64,000 nucleotides of DNA from contig NC_091282.1 in the NCBI RefSeq assembly GCF_032444005.1, positions 293,074,001 to 293,138,000 on the forward strand. The letters run 5' to 3'. The notes below the pieces were generated by a model. That model did no database searches, was not told the origin of the DNA, and worked only from the letters and a program-made list of their open reading frames with translations. The position numbers were made by a program, and so were the translations under genes. The DNA is from Ranitomeya imitator. Taxonomy: Eukaryota. Positions 35,934-48,715 of this stretch are shown one piece after another (the stretch's first letter is position 1; each line of letters begins with the position of its first letter).

Positions 35934-36059
<126 letters not shown>

Positions 36060-36404
36060 TTACTTTTCAGAAGACAATGAACTAGTAAAGGGTGGAAAAC
36101 GCAGATTTAAGCCTGGGAAATGCGAGAAATACCCGAGCACTCAAATGAATCAAGTGAGGCAACATAGCAAGCGGCAAAGATTGTTAAAGGGAATCTATCA
36201 GCAGGTTTTTGCTACCCCATCTAAGAGTGTGATGTAGAGGCAAACCCGGACTCCAGTGATTTGTCACTTACTGGGCTGCTTACTGTAGTTTTTGTAAAAT
36301 CACAGTTTCCCCTGCCGCAGATCTACAAGTTTTCCGAATGCTGAGCTCAGAATAACCCTGCCATTACCACTGTAACATGTTTTTAGCCACTAACTACTAC
36401 ATTT

Positions 36405-37544
36405 ACATAGTAACATAGTTAGTAAGGCCGAAAAAATACATTTGTCCATCCAGTTCAGCCTATATTCCATCATAATAAATCCCCAGATCTACGTCCTTCT
36501 ACAGAACCTAATTGTATGATACAATATTGTTCTGCTCCAGGAAGACATCCAGGCCTCTCTTGAACCCCTCGACTGAGTTCGCCATCACCACCTCCTCAGG
36601 CAAGCAATTCCAGATTCTCACTGCCTTAACAGTAAAGAATCCTCTTCTATGTTGGTGGAAAAACCTTCTCTCCTCCAGACGCAAAGAATGCCCCCTTGTG
36701 CCCGTCACCTTCCTTGGTATAAACAGATCCTCAGCGAGATATTTGTATTGTCCCCTTATATACTTATACATGGTTATTCGATCGCCCCTCAGTCGTCTTT
36801 TTTCTAGACTAAATAATCCTAATTTCGCTAATCTATCTGGGTATTGTAGTTCTCCCATCCCCTTTATTAATTTTGTTGCCCTCCTTTGTACTCTCTCTAG
36901 TTCCATTATATCCTTCCTGAGCACCGGTGCCCAAAACTGGACACAGTACTCCATGTGCGGTCTAACTAGGGATTTGTACAGAGGCAGTATAATGCTCTCA
37001 TCATGTGTATCCAGACCTCTTTTAATGCACTCCATGATCCTGTTTGCCTTGGCAGCTGCTGCCTGGCACTGGCTGCTCCAGGTAAGTTTATCATTAACTA
37101 GGATCCCCAAGTCCTTCTCCCTGTCAGATTTACCCAGTGGTTTCCCGTTCAGTGTGTAATGGTGACATTGATTCCTTCTTCCCATGTGTATAACCTTACA
37201 TTTATCATTGTTAAACCTCATCTGCCACCTTTCAGCCCAAGTTTCCAACTTATCCAGATCCATCTGTAGCAGAATACTATCTTCTCTTGTATTAACTGCT
37301 TTACATAGTTTTGTATCATCTGCAAATATCGATATTTTACTGTGTAAACCTTCTACCAGATCATTAATGAATATGTTGAAGAGAACAGGTCCCAATACCG
37401 ACCCCTGTGGTACCCTACTGGTCACAGCGACCCAGTTAGAGACTATACCATTTATAACCACCCTCTGCTTTCTATCACTAAGCCAGTTACTAACCCATTT
37501 ACACACATTTTCCCCCAGACCAAGCATTCTCATTTTGTGTACCA
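36405..37544 (-). mobile_element. 5'-truncated CR1 copy, same family as 6840-16665
   Basis: Near-identical to the 3' 1.1 kb of the full copy; same tail; FADD intact. Confidence 0.93.
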
Positions 37545-37857
37545 GATTATTGCTCGTCTAAACCCCTTCTCCTCCACATTACCCTGTCCTTGTCTGTCTC
37601 CTCACTACTACACTACTGTGTATATTTTCAATGACAAGGTTATAATTTATATAATCGCATATTATACTACAGCAGTCTATTGCTATCATGTTGTATTAAC
37701 ACCCACTTACTTTCCCTTTTGCGCTCTCTGGAACTGTTGGATTGGAAGTGCTAATCAGAAATTGTTGTAACTGACATTTGGTTTATTCCAGAAATCTTTC
37801 ATTAAAAACCATCACGGTTTAAAAAAAATAATAAAAAATTCCAATATGGCCATTTAC

Positions 37858-37989
37858 CCCATGTCCGCCAAGAATTCTTGAAGCTTTTTTTGTCCTTGCA
37901 CAGACCAGAGCTTGAGACTGGAAGACGTATAGCTCGAATTGCAGATGCTTTCATATAATGACCAGTGCTGGTATAAAGAAAGGCGCATA
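37858..37989 (-). CDS. CDC45: CDC45 coding exon (exon 11 equivalent, 132 bp)
   Basis: (D)[43 protein letters not shown](G); TAG acceptor and GTAAAT donor. Confidence 0.96.
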
Positions 37990-39774
37990 CTAACACCACA
38001 AATGTTAAAGAAAACTAATTTGACCAATCTGGCGTGAAAAACTAGGCAGTCCATACCAATTTCCACATCAGCATTTGATAAAATTTATCCAATGGCATAT
38101 TTACAATTAAATAATCATTCAGTTAGGATACAACATTTAAAAAAAAAATATACCAACAAGCAAATTAAATAGGTTCTTCTGTTGCAGCAAATAATGGTCA
38201 TTTTTTATATAATGAAAAGGTAAAGCATTTTCTGTATCAATACATGACATATTTCAACATCTCTGCTTGCAGTAATTTAATAGGTCCCCTTACGATTTAT
38301 TCTCCAGGGGTACAAATTAGTGTTGGGTGATGTGATGGAGTGCAGATGGCTAGTGTAACGTACTAGCACAATGGCAGTGTGTCCATCACAGGAACAATTA
38401 TTAACCTCTTCATGACCTTGGGATTTTCCGGTTTTCCGTGTTAGTTTTTCGCTCCCCTCCTTCCCAGAGCCATAACTTTTTTATTTTTCTGCCAATATGG
38501 CCATGTGAGGGCTTATTTTTTGCGGGACATCATTGCTTTTACCATGACGTGTACTAGAAAACGGGAAAAAAATTCCAAGTGCGGTGAAATTGCAAAAAAA
38601 AAAAAAAAGTGCAATCCCACACTTGTTTTTTGTTTAGCTTTTTTTGCTAGGTTCACTAAATGCTAAAACTGACCTGCCATTATGATTCTCCAGGTCAGTA
38701 TCAGACTCCAAACATGTCTAGGTTATTTTTTTATCTAAGTGGTGAAAAAAAATTCCAAACTTAGCTAAAAAAAAAAAAAAAAAAATTGAGCCATTTTCCG
38801 ATACCCTTTGCATCTCCATTTTTCGATCTGGGGTCGGGTGAGGGCTTATTTTTTGCGTGCCGAGCTGACGTTTTTAGTGATACCACTTTGGTGCAGATAC
38901 GTTCTTTTGATTGTCCGTTATTGCATTTTAATGCAATGTCGCATAAAAAGTAATTTGGGCGTTTCAAATTTTTTTCTCGCTACACCGTTTAGCGATCAGG
39001 TTAATCCTTTTTTTTTTAATTGATAGATCGATAGATCGGGCGATTCAGAACGCGGTGATACCAAATATGTGTAGGTTTGATTTTATTTTTATTTTGAAAG
39101 GGGTGTGATTTAAACTTTTATATATTTTTTTATTTATTTCATATTTTTTTTTAAACATTTTTTTTTTTTTTTTACTTTTGCCATGCTTCAATAGCCTCCA
39201 TGGGAGGTTAGAAGCTGGCACAACTGGATCGGCTGGATCATCAGATCGCTCCTATGCAGCTGAATTACAGGCTTGCTATGAGCGCCGACCACAGGGTGGC
39301 GCTCACAGCAAACCGGCATCAGTAACCATAGAGGTCTGAAGGACCTCTATGGTTACTATCCTGACGCATCGCTGACCCCCGATCATGTGACAGGGGTCGG
39401 CGATGCGCGCATTTCCGGCGGCGCAGCCGGAATCGGAGTTTAATACTCTTCGCTATTTGGCAATATCAGAAAGAAGATACTGTATATACATTTTTAATAT
39501 TCTCTTGACTATTTTGCTTTTATTTGTTAGCTGAAATATCACTGAGTAGAAGAAACTGGTAACACACACTGTAGAGCTAATTTGGATCTAATAAGTTCCA
39601 GCACTCATGTTATTGCCAGGACTTGAGCAGCACAGCCACTAAATGAACCCTGTGCCATGTATATTATTGAGTGCCATGTATAGCGATCATTGTCTTTGAC
39701 AGCAGAGTAATGTGTGGAACGACTCAACATGTAAATGCCTGGCAGTCAGCAGGAGACTAAAATGTAAAGGATAC
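37990..39774 (-). other. U12-type (minor spliceosome) GT-AG intron of CDC45
   Basis: 5' site GTATCCTTT; branch-like TTTTCTTTAAC at 38014-38004, about 15 nt from the AG; no polypyrimidine tract. Confidence 0.88.
38405..39440. mobile_element. TTAA-flanked (piggyBac-like) non-autonomous element, right end eroded
   Basis: Starts TTAA|CCTCTTCATGACC; shares blocks with 46114-47428, 43700-45139 and 50450-51000. Confidence 0.6.
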
Positions 39775-39894
39775 TCATACTCAAAGGCTATCCTCATGCA
39801 GTCGATAGAAAGGGAGTTCTCTTCATCCTCGTTGCGGTGGTTGTATCTAGAAACATGGCGCTGGAGTGTGCCCACATCAGTCACATATTTCATC
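39775..39894 (-). CDS. CDC45: CDC45 coding exon (exon 10 equivalent, 120 bp)
   Basis: CAG acceptor; (Q)[39 protein letters not shown](D); donor is GTATCCTTT. Confidence 0.96.
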
Positions 39895-40027
39895 CTGCAA
39901 AACAACATTATTTGTATTTGTACAAAACATATCGAACACTGGTAAATTATTATTCCAGCTCAAGTTAGTGTCGTTAATATATACATACACATTATGTGTG
40001 TGTACACGGATATAATAACACGGTGTG

Positions 40028-40093
<66 letters not shown>

Positions 40094-40736
40094 ATATATC
40101 AGCAACATACATGGGCGTGTTCGTTTGTTTACCATATGGACCCTAGACTTAGTATCTCTCTTTAAACTGATGATTGAATATAGGTATACCTTGATACATT
40201 AGTCATCACACATTGTTATTTCTGGGGAACGGGCGATTATGTAATCACGGCTACTCTTTCTGTAGTGGTTAGAAGCCTTCTTTGGGGAGATTTTGCCCTT
40301 TCTATGTTTATGATGCGATATCTTTATTCAATATATATGCGTACATGCTGATGTCAACATACAGATTGATGTATTGTTCTCTATGGATATCATTATGTTA
40401 ATGTATATTTGATGGTATTTTCTTTTCTGTTTTTTATTTGACCAATAAGCATTCATTTGAATATTTTTCAACCTTCTTATAATGTTTTTGTAGATAATTG
40501 CCTTGACAAAGGCCAAATGTGGCCAAAACGTTGGCTCACTGTATGTCTGGTCAAGTAAAGTTTTTTTTCCAACAATAAAATTTAATTTTGGCAATTGACC
40601 TTCTATGTCCTCAGATTGATCTATTTAAGTAAACTACTTTTTTTCTGAGGACGAAATAATACTTGTGACTGCGATCCCCTTGATCTATTACTATATCTAT
40701 ATCTCTATAATAAATGTAAAATTAAGGTAAAATATG

Positions 40737-40860
40737 GAATCATAGAATGTTAGAGTTGGAAGGGACCTCAAGGGTCATCATGTCCAACCCCCTCCTCAAT
40801 GCAGCATTCACTAAACCATCTCAGACAGATGTCTGTCCAGCCTCTATTTGAAGACTTCAA
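40737..40860 (-). mobile_element. Short 3'-end fragment of a second CR1 subfamily
   Basis: GAATCATAGAATGTTAGAGTTGGAAGGGACCT resembles the recalled CR1 3' end with an (ATTCTATG)-type tail. Confidence 0.6.
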
Positions 40861-40986
40861 TTCTAGAATCATACATGTGTGTAAATATAATACCTAGGAA
40901 TCACTATTCAAATTTTGTTATATTTTAAAATCAATACATCTTAATGGTTAATATATATTTTATAGAGACCGATATAGTAAACTTAC

Positions 40987-41037
40987 TGAGTAATTCTGTC
41001 TTGTACCCACTGGTCAGTCAGACCAACAATAGACCAC
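40987..41037 (-). CDS. CDC45: CDC45 coding exon (exon 9 equivalent, 51 bp)
   Basis: TAG acceptor and GTAAGT donor; (W)WSIVGLTDQWVQDRIT(Q). Confidence 0.95.
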
Positions 41038-41819
41038 CTAAGTGAGGGAATGGAAAAAATGAAAGCATACATTTAGCCAGATGTACTTTATTGATGGTAG
41101 GGGCTTAAGTACTAAAGGCCAAGCATAAAAAAAAAAAAAAAGAACAACCAAGTATAAAAAGAAACCAAAAATGAGTGTGTTCACACCCCTAAGGTTACCG
41201 AACCCAAGAAAACTCATGCTTTCAGTCTGCAATGTACATACACGTCAACGATTCCAATTTGAGGACTTGTTTGCTTGATAAATTCTAAACACAACCAATG
41301 AGTGATAAAGTCAAGGTATTAAAACAGACTATAACTTAACCCCTTTACCCCCAAGGGTGGTTTGCACGTTAATGACCGGGCCAATTTTTACAATTCTGAC
41401 CACTGTCCCTTTATGAGGTTATAACTCTGGAACGCTTCAACGGATCCCAGTGATTCTGACATTGTTTTCTCGTGACATATTGTACTTCATGACAATGGTA
41501 AAATTTCTTTGATATTACCTGCGTTTATTTGTGAAAAAAACGGAAATATGGCGAAAATTTTGAAAATTTCGCAATTTTCCAACTTTGAATTTTTATGCAA
41601 TTAAATCACAGAGATATGTCACACAAAATACTTAATAAGTAACATTTCCCACATGTCTACTTTACATCAGCACAATTTTGGAACCAAAATTTTTTTTTGT
41701 TAGGGAGTTATAAGGGTTAAAAGTTGACCAGCAATTTCTCATTTCTACAACACCATTTTATTTTAGGGACCACATCTCATTTGAAGTCATTTTGAGGGGT
41801 CTATATGATAGAAAATACC

Positions 41820-43390
41820 CAAGTGTGACACCATTCTAAAAACTACACCCCTCAAGGTGCTCAAAACCATATTCAAGAAGTTTATTAACCCTTCTGGTGC
41901 TTCACAGGAATTTTTTGAATGTTTAAATAAAAATGAACATTTAACTTTTTTTCACAAAAAATTTAATTCAGCTCCAATTTGTTTAATTTTACCAAGGGTA
42001 ACAGGAGAAAATAGACCCCAAACATTGTTGTACAATTTGTCCTGAGCACGACAATACCCCACATGTGGGGGTAAACCACTGTTTGGGCGCATGGCAGAGC
42101 TCGGAAGCGAAGGAGCGCCATTTGACTTTTCAATGCAAACTTGACTGGAATTGAGATGGGACGCCATGTTTCGTTTGGAGAGCCCCTGATGTGCCTAAAC
42201 ATTGAAACCCCCCACAAGTGACACCATTTTGGAAAGTAGACCCCTTAAGGAACTTATCTAGATGTGTGGTGAGCACTTTGACCCACCAAGTGCTTCACAG
42301 AAGTTTATAATGTAGAACCGTAAAAATAAAAAATCATATTTTTTCACAAAAATTAACTTTCCGCCCCCAATTTTTTATTTTCCCAAGGGTAAGAGAAGAA
42401 ATTGGACCCCAAAATTTGTTGTCTGATTTGTTCTGAGTGCGCTGATACCCCATATGTGGGGGGGGGGAACCACTGTTTGGGCGCATGGGAGGGCTCGGAA
42501 GGGAAGGAGCTCCATTTGGAATGCAGGCTTAGATGGAATGGTCTGCAGGTGTCACATTGCATTTGCAGAGCCCCTAATGTACCGAAACAGTAGAAACCCC
42601 CCACAAGTGACACCATTTTGGAAACTAGACCCCCTAAGGAACTCATCTAGATGTGTTGTGAGAGCTTTGAACCCCCAAGTGTTTCACTACAGTTTGTAAC
42701 GCAGAGCCGTGAAAATTGAAAAAAAAAAATCTTTCCCCCAAAAATTATTTTTTAGCCCCCAGTTTTGTATTTTCCCGAGGGTAAGAGGAGAAATTTGACC
42801 CCAAAAGTTGTTGTCCAATTTGTCCTGAGTACGCTGATACCCCATATGTTGGGGGGAACCACCGTTTGGGCGCATGGGAGGGCTCGGAAGGGAAGGAGTG
42901 CCATTTGGAATACAGACTTAGATGGAATGGTCTGCAGGCGTCACATTGCGTTTGCAGAACCCCTAATGTACCTAAACAGTAGAAATCCCCCACAAGTGAC
43001 CCCATATTGGAAACTAGACCCCCATGGAACTTATCTAGATGTGTTGTGAGAACTTTGAACCCCCAAGTGTTTCACTACAGTTTATAACGCAGAGCCGTGA
43101 AAATAAAAAATCTTTTTTTTTCCCACAAAAATTATTTTTTAGCCCCCAGTTTTGTATTTTCCCAAGGGTAACAGGAGAAATTGGACCCCAAAAGTTGTTG
43201 TCCTATTTGTGCTGAGTACGCTGATACCCCATATGTTGGGGTAAACCCCTGTTTGGGCACACGGGAGAGCTCGGAAGGGAAGGAGCACTGTTTTACTTTT
43301 TCAACGCAGAATTGGCTGGAATTGAGATCGGACGCCATGTCGCGTTTGGAGAGCCCCTGATGTGTCTAAACAGTGGAAACCCCCCAATTA
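41820..43390. repeat. About 4 tandem copies of a 389-bp unit
   Basis: Marker CAAGTGACACC/CCC recurs at 42215, 42604 and 42993. Confidence 0.85.
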
Positions 43391-43397
43391 TAACTGA

Positions 43398-43673
43398 AAC
43401 CCTAATCCAAACACACCCCTAACCCTAATCCCAACAGTAACCCTAACCACACCTCTAACCCTGACACACACCTAACCCTAATCCCAACTGTAAATGTAAT
43501 CTAAACCCTAACCGTAACTTTAGCCCCAACCCTAACTGTAGCCTTAACCCTAGCCCCAACCCTAACTTTAGCCCCAACCCTAACTGTAGCCCTAACCCTA
43601 GCCCTAACCATAACTTTAGCCCCAACCCTAACTGTAGCCTTAACCCTAGCCCTAACCCTAGCCCTAACCCTAA
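43398..43673. repeat. Telomere-like (CCCTAA)n variant array
   Basis: Hexamers CCCTAA, CCCTAG, CCCCAA, CTTTAG, CTGTAG in 18-bp higher-order units. Confidence 0.85.
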
Positions 43674-46113
43674 TGGAAATAAATACATTTTTTTAATTTT
43701 TCCCTAACTAAGGGGGTGATGAAGGGGGGTTTGATTTACTTTTATGGCGGGTTTTTTAGCGGATTTTTATGATTGGCAGCCGTCACACACTGAAAGACGC
43801 TTTTTATTGCAAAAAATATTTTTTGCGTTACCACATTTTGAGAGCTATAATTTTTCCATATTTTGGTTCACAGAGTCATGTGAGGTCTTGTTTTTTGCGG
43901 GAAGAGTTGACGTTTTTATTGGTAACATTTTCGGGCACGTTACATTTTTTGATCGCTTTTTATTCCGATTTTTGCGAGGCAGAATGACCAAAAACCAGCT
44001 ATTCATGAATTTCTTTTGGGGGAGGCGTTTATACCGTTCCGCGTTTGGTAAAATTGATAAAGCAGTTTTATACTTCGGGTCAGTACGATTACAGCGACAC
44101 CTCATTTATATCATTTTTTTATGTTTTGGCGCTTTTATACGATAAAAACTATTTTATAGAAAATATAATTATTTTTGCATCGCTTTATTCTCAGGACTAT
44201 AACTTTTTTTTTTTTTGCTGATGATGCTGTATGGCGGCTCGTTTTTTGCGGGACAAGATGACGCTTTCAGCGGTATCATGGTTATTTATATCTGTCTTTT
44301 TGATCGCGTGTTATTCCACTTTTTGTTCGGCGGTATGATAATAAAGCGTTGTTTTTTGCCTCTTTTTTTTTTTTCTTACGGTGTTTACTGAAGGGGTTAA
44401 CTAGTGGGCCATTTTTATAGGTCGGGTCGTTACGGACGCGGCGATACTAAATATGTGTACTTTTATTGTTTTGTTTTTTTATTTAGATAAAGAAATGTAT
44501 TTAGGGGAATAATATTTTTTATTTTTTTTTCATTATTTAGGAATTTTTTTTTTTTATTTTTTTTTTTTTTACACATTTTGAAAAATTTTTTTTTACTTTT
44601 TTACATTGTCCCAGGGGGGGGACATCACAGATCAGTGATCTGACAGTGTGCACAGCACTCTGTCAGATCACTGATCTGACATGCAGCGCTGCAGGCTTCA
44701 CAGTGCCTGCTCTGAGCAGGCTCTGTGAAGCCACCTCCCTCCCTGCAGGACCCGGATCCGCGGCCATCTTGGATCCGGGGCTGGAGGAAGCAGGGAGGGA
44801 GGCGAGACCCTCGCAGCAACACGATCACATCGCGTTGCTGCGGGGGACTCAGGGAAGCCCGCAGGGAGCCCCCTCCCTGCGGGAAGCTTCCCTATACCGC
44901 CGGCACATCGCGATCATCTTTGATCGCGGTGTGCCAGGGGTTAATGTGCCGGGGGCGGTCCGTGACCGCTCCTGGCACATAGTGCCGGATGTCAGCTGCG
45001 ATAAACAGCTGACACCCGGCCGCGATCGGCGGCGCTCCCCCCGTGAGTGCCGCCGATCGCGCTGGACGTACTATCCCGTCCGTGGTCATGGGGGCCCACC
45101 CCACCTCGACGGGATAGTACGTCCCATGTCAGAAAGGGGTTAATAAATGTGTAGACTGTGAGCACTCACAGGCAGGCTCCTCTCTCCTCCTGTCGGTGAC
45201 TTGTATTGTTTAAGATTAATGTACTTGTATTTTTTATTATGTATACACCCAGGGGCAGGGGCTCATCTATTTCATGATAAGCTGTGACATTCCATACCCT
45301 AGAAATCTCACTCTAATCCCTGACTGGAGTAACATTTCTGTAGAGCAGAGGTTGACATGCACACTGTCAAAAATGTGAGGCGCTTTTTGACAGGATGTAG
45401 AATCCCAAAATATATGTGGAGGAATTCACAGTATATTTGTGTTAAAGGAAGCTATTAATTATAACTTTATTGCAAAATTAGATGTATAATACAATCGTCA
45501 AGGTGGAAGGAAAATGCGACATTTAGACAGACATGGATCTTGTTCATATCGCTAGGGGAGAAGAAAACATACAATAAATGCCATAGAGTTTCAAAGGGAA
45601 TGCACATAGGGATTTTTGGGGAAAGTAGCAAATAAAATAACTTGTGTCATCTCAGTAATATGATCACATTTAGTAAATTTTTCTTATAAGTCATGCATGG
45701 CAAAAAGGAAAGTACAGTATAAATAACAGTGTAAATGAAGTAAGAAGGGAACCTGGTATGAAAACCACAGTAGACGTGGTAGACAGCGTAGAATGAGAAT
45801 AATATTGCCAAATGTCACCCTGTTACTGTGAGGACACAAATGATTTTGTTTGCTACTTTCCTCTAAAATTCCTATGGGCATTGTCTTTAAAACTACATAC
45901 TTTGTACACATTGTACATACTGTATTATGACAGCCATTATTTTTATTTGCACCTGTAAATATACGACACTTATTGTAGGTTTTCTTCTTTCCTAGCGACG
46001 TTGTGAACAAGACCCATGTGGCACAAAACGTTACCTACTATTGTTGCATTTTCCCTGCACCATGACGACCATGTACGTATTTATTATACGTCTAATTTGG
46101 GAATAAAGTTTAA

Positions 46114-47428
46114 CCCCTTAACCCCCGGCGCCATTTCCCATTTTCATTTTTTGCTCCCCTTCTTCCCAGAGCCATAACTTTTTCACTTTTCAGTCAAAAT
46201 GGCCATGTTAGGGCTTGCTTTTTGCGGGACAAGTTATACTATTGAATGACACCATTGGTTTTAACATGTCGTGTACTGGAAAACGGGAAAAAAAATTACA
46301 AGTGCAGTGACATTCCAAAAAAAAAAAAAAGTGCAATTCCACAGGTCTTTTTTTTTTTTTTTTACCATGGTTCACTAAATGCTAAAACTGACCTGCCATT
46401 ACGATTCTCCAGGTCAGTGCAAGTTCATAGACACCAAACATGTCCAAGTTCTTTTTTTATTTAAGTGGGGAAAAAACAAAACAAAACTTTAGTAAAAAAA
46501 AATAAATTGCGCCGTTCTCCGAGACCTGTAGCATCTCCATTTCTTGTGATCTGGGGCTGTGTGAGGGCTTATTTTTTGCATGTCAAGCTGATGTTTTTAT
46601 TGACACCATTTTCGTGCAGATACGATTGGGCGATTCTGAATGCGGAGATACCAAATATGTGTATGTTTGGTCTTTCATTATTGTTTTATTTTGAATGGGG
46701 TGAAATTGAACTTTTAGATTTTGTAAAATATTTTTATCCAAGAAGTATCATTTCTCCTTGTGGAGACTGACATGCTAAGCATGCCGAGATGAGGAGACTT
46801 AAAGACGCAATGCTCCTCTGGGAAATATGCTCATTATGCAAATTGTCTCTTCAGAGAGTAGGAGAACTAGAATTCTAGTGCCACCTATTGGAAAGTAGCA
46901 ATCCTAACAGTCAATGTTGACCCTCTAACGAGCCTTGTCACATGACTTAGGATAAAAGCCAAACCAGAATCTCAATTTGCAGACACTGTTTCGGGGTACT
47001 GCCCCTCGTCTGTGCAAAGTGGAGATCTGATTTGGCTGACACTCAGACTAGAAGCAGCACTTGTCTGATCGGCTCTGCTAGATACAGGCGATGATCAGAT
47101 CGCATAGAGGTCTGCTGGAGACCTCTGGTTGTCGTCATGCCAACCCATTGGTGACCAGCGATCAAGAGAAGAGGTCACCGATGGGCAGGATGTCTGGCGT
47201 GCTTGCCGGAAGCGTGAGTTAAATGACACTGTCAGAGATAGACAGCGGCATTTAACTGGTTAACAGCTGTGGTTGGATCACAATTCCACCCGCGGCTGTT
47301 AGAGGCACATGTCAGCTGTTCAAAACAGCTGACATGTGCCGGGAAAGATTTGGGTTCAGAGCCGAAGCCCACATCAAAGGGAGCGAGTCTGACGTGGGCG
47401 TATTATTACTCCAAACGTTGGAAAGGGG
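46114..47428. mobile_element. TTAA-flanked piggyBac-like MITE containing a Penelope-like insert (about 46750-47060)
   Basis: TTAA|CCCCTT ... AAGGGG|TTAA. Confidence 0.75.
46976..47018 (-). ncRNA. Degenerate minimal type-I hammerhead ribozyme
   Basis: UUUGCA-CAGACGA-GGGG-CAGUA-CCCC-GAAA-CAGUGUC-UGCAAA: stems I and II intact, core CUGANGA changed to CAGACGA. Confidence 0.65.
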
Positions 47429-48242
47429 TTAAATTAAAAGCATCCTTCAACACAAGAGTGTGCGGTGAATTCCTCCGTATATGGACTAAGGTTTATTGTG
47501 TAACAGCACTCGTCAGACACTTGACATTTATGAAGAGGTGTGAACCTCTTAATGGATAAGGTGTGTCTGACTGTGCAACACCCCCACACTCTCCCATCAA
47601 GACTATCCAGAAAAAAAAAACGTTGGTCTTGATGAATCAGGGCCTATATCTGGCCATTATGTGACTTATATCCTGCATTCTCACCAGTTTTCCCCTTTGC
47701 ATGTCATATCTGTAAGCCGCAATCTATTCGGAGCAGAAAGCAGTAAATGAGTTGCATTGATTTTTCCCATAGACAACGTGGCACAGAGGGAAATAATGCC
47801 TGCTCTTCATTCACCTTTTAGCTCACAGAGAATAGCTGCAGCGCCAAGGAGAATATTACACAGCAGAGCTGAGCTGTGTTGGTCTGAATCAACCTCTGAC
47901 AAATGTTTTACTGCCTACCTCTGTTCCCTTGCCTGCTCCTCATCCCTCTCCTCTGTGTCACAACATCTGCAGTCCGTCTCCTCACATCAAGATGGAGCTG
48001 CTATTCCACAATGAATTCACAAATGAGTTCAGGAGGCAAGGGGAGGGTAAGAAGTGTCTGAGAAGGTGGCCAATTTTTCTGATAAGACACAAAGTTTCTT
48101 ACAAATCTCCTGTACTATTGATCTATGCAAAGTTTGTTGAAAGTACATATCTGCTTGTAGCCTGACCTAACTGCAACTCTCACTTTTCTTTAGCAGTAGT
48201 AGTTACACATTTCCTATGTACGAGCTACTGTACATCACTTAC

Positions 48243-48304
48243 CACAACATGTCATTAGAATCCTTTGACATGATCCAGGCCAATTCAAACATCATCATAG
48301 CGGA
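48243..48304 (-). CDS. CDC45: CDC45 coding exon (exon 8 equivalent, 62 bp)
   Basis: TAG acceptor and GTAAG donor; SAMMMFELAWIMSKDSNDML(W). Confidence 0.95.
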
Positions 48305-48715
48305 CTAGCAAAGCAAGAAATAAGCACAGAATAATCACATAGTCAAAAATAATAACTGATCGTTATATAAAAGTTTCAAAGGGGATTTCGCATCTCCAAG
48401 ATCATATCCCAATATGTAGCAGGTGTAATAATAATATTAGAAAATATCTCCAATTATCAGGACTAGAAATACCAACAGTGTATGAATATAAAACTATGAA
48501 TACCAAATAAAATCTATTACCCAAAAAATGTATTCAAGAAAAACAATAAAATAATGAATAATTATAATTTTATTAATAATTATAAAATCATGATTACACA
48601 AAAATCAGCTAAAAATATTGTAATAATGTTATGCACATACAAAAAACAATTGGTGAGATAAAAAGAATTTATTAAGATTAATTTAAAAATTACAATAAAA
48701 AAACAACAATAGGTA

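Larger units (their letters stand above)
41340..45139. mobile_element. 3.8-kb TTAA-flanked piggyBac-like non-autonomous element with internal tandem repeats
   Basis: TTAA|CCCCTTT ... AAAGGGG|TTAA; no ORF; subterminal hairpins. May be composite (internal GAAGGGGTTAA near 44391-44401). Confidence 0.72.

Noticed and set aside
43455-43688. LGLGLG-repeat ORF
   Set aside because: It is the translation of the telomere-like array.
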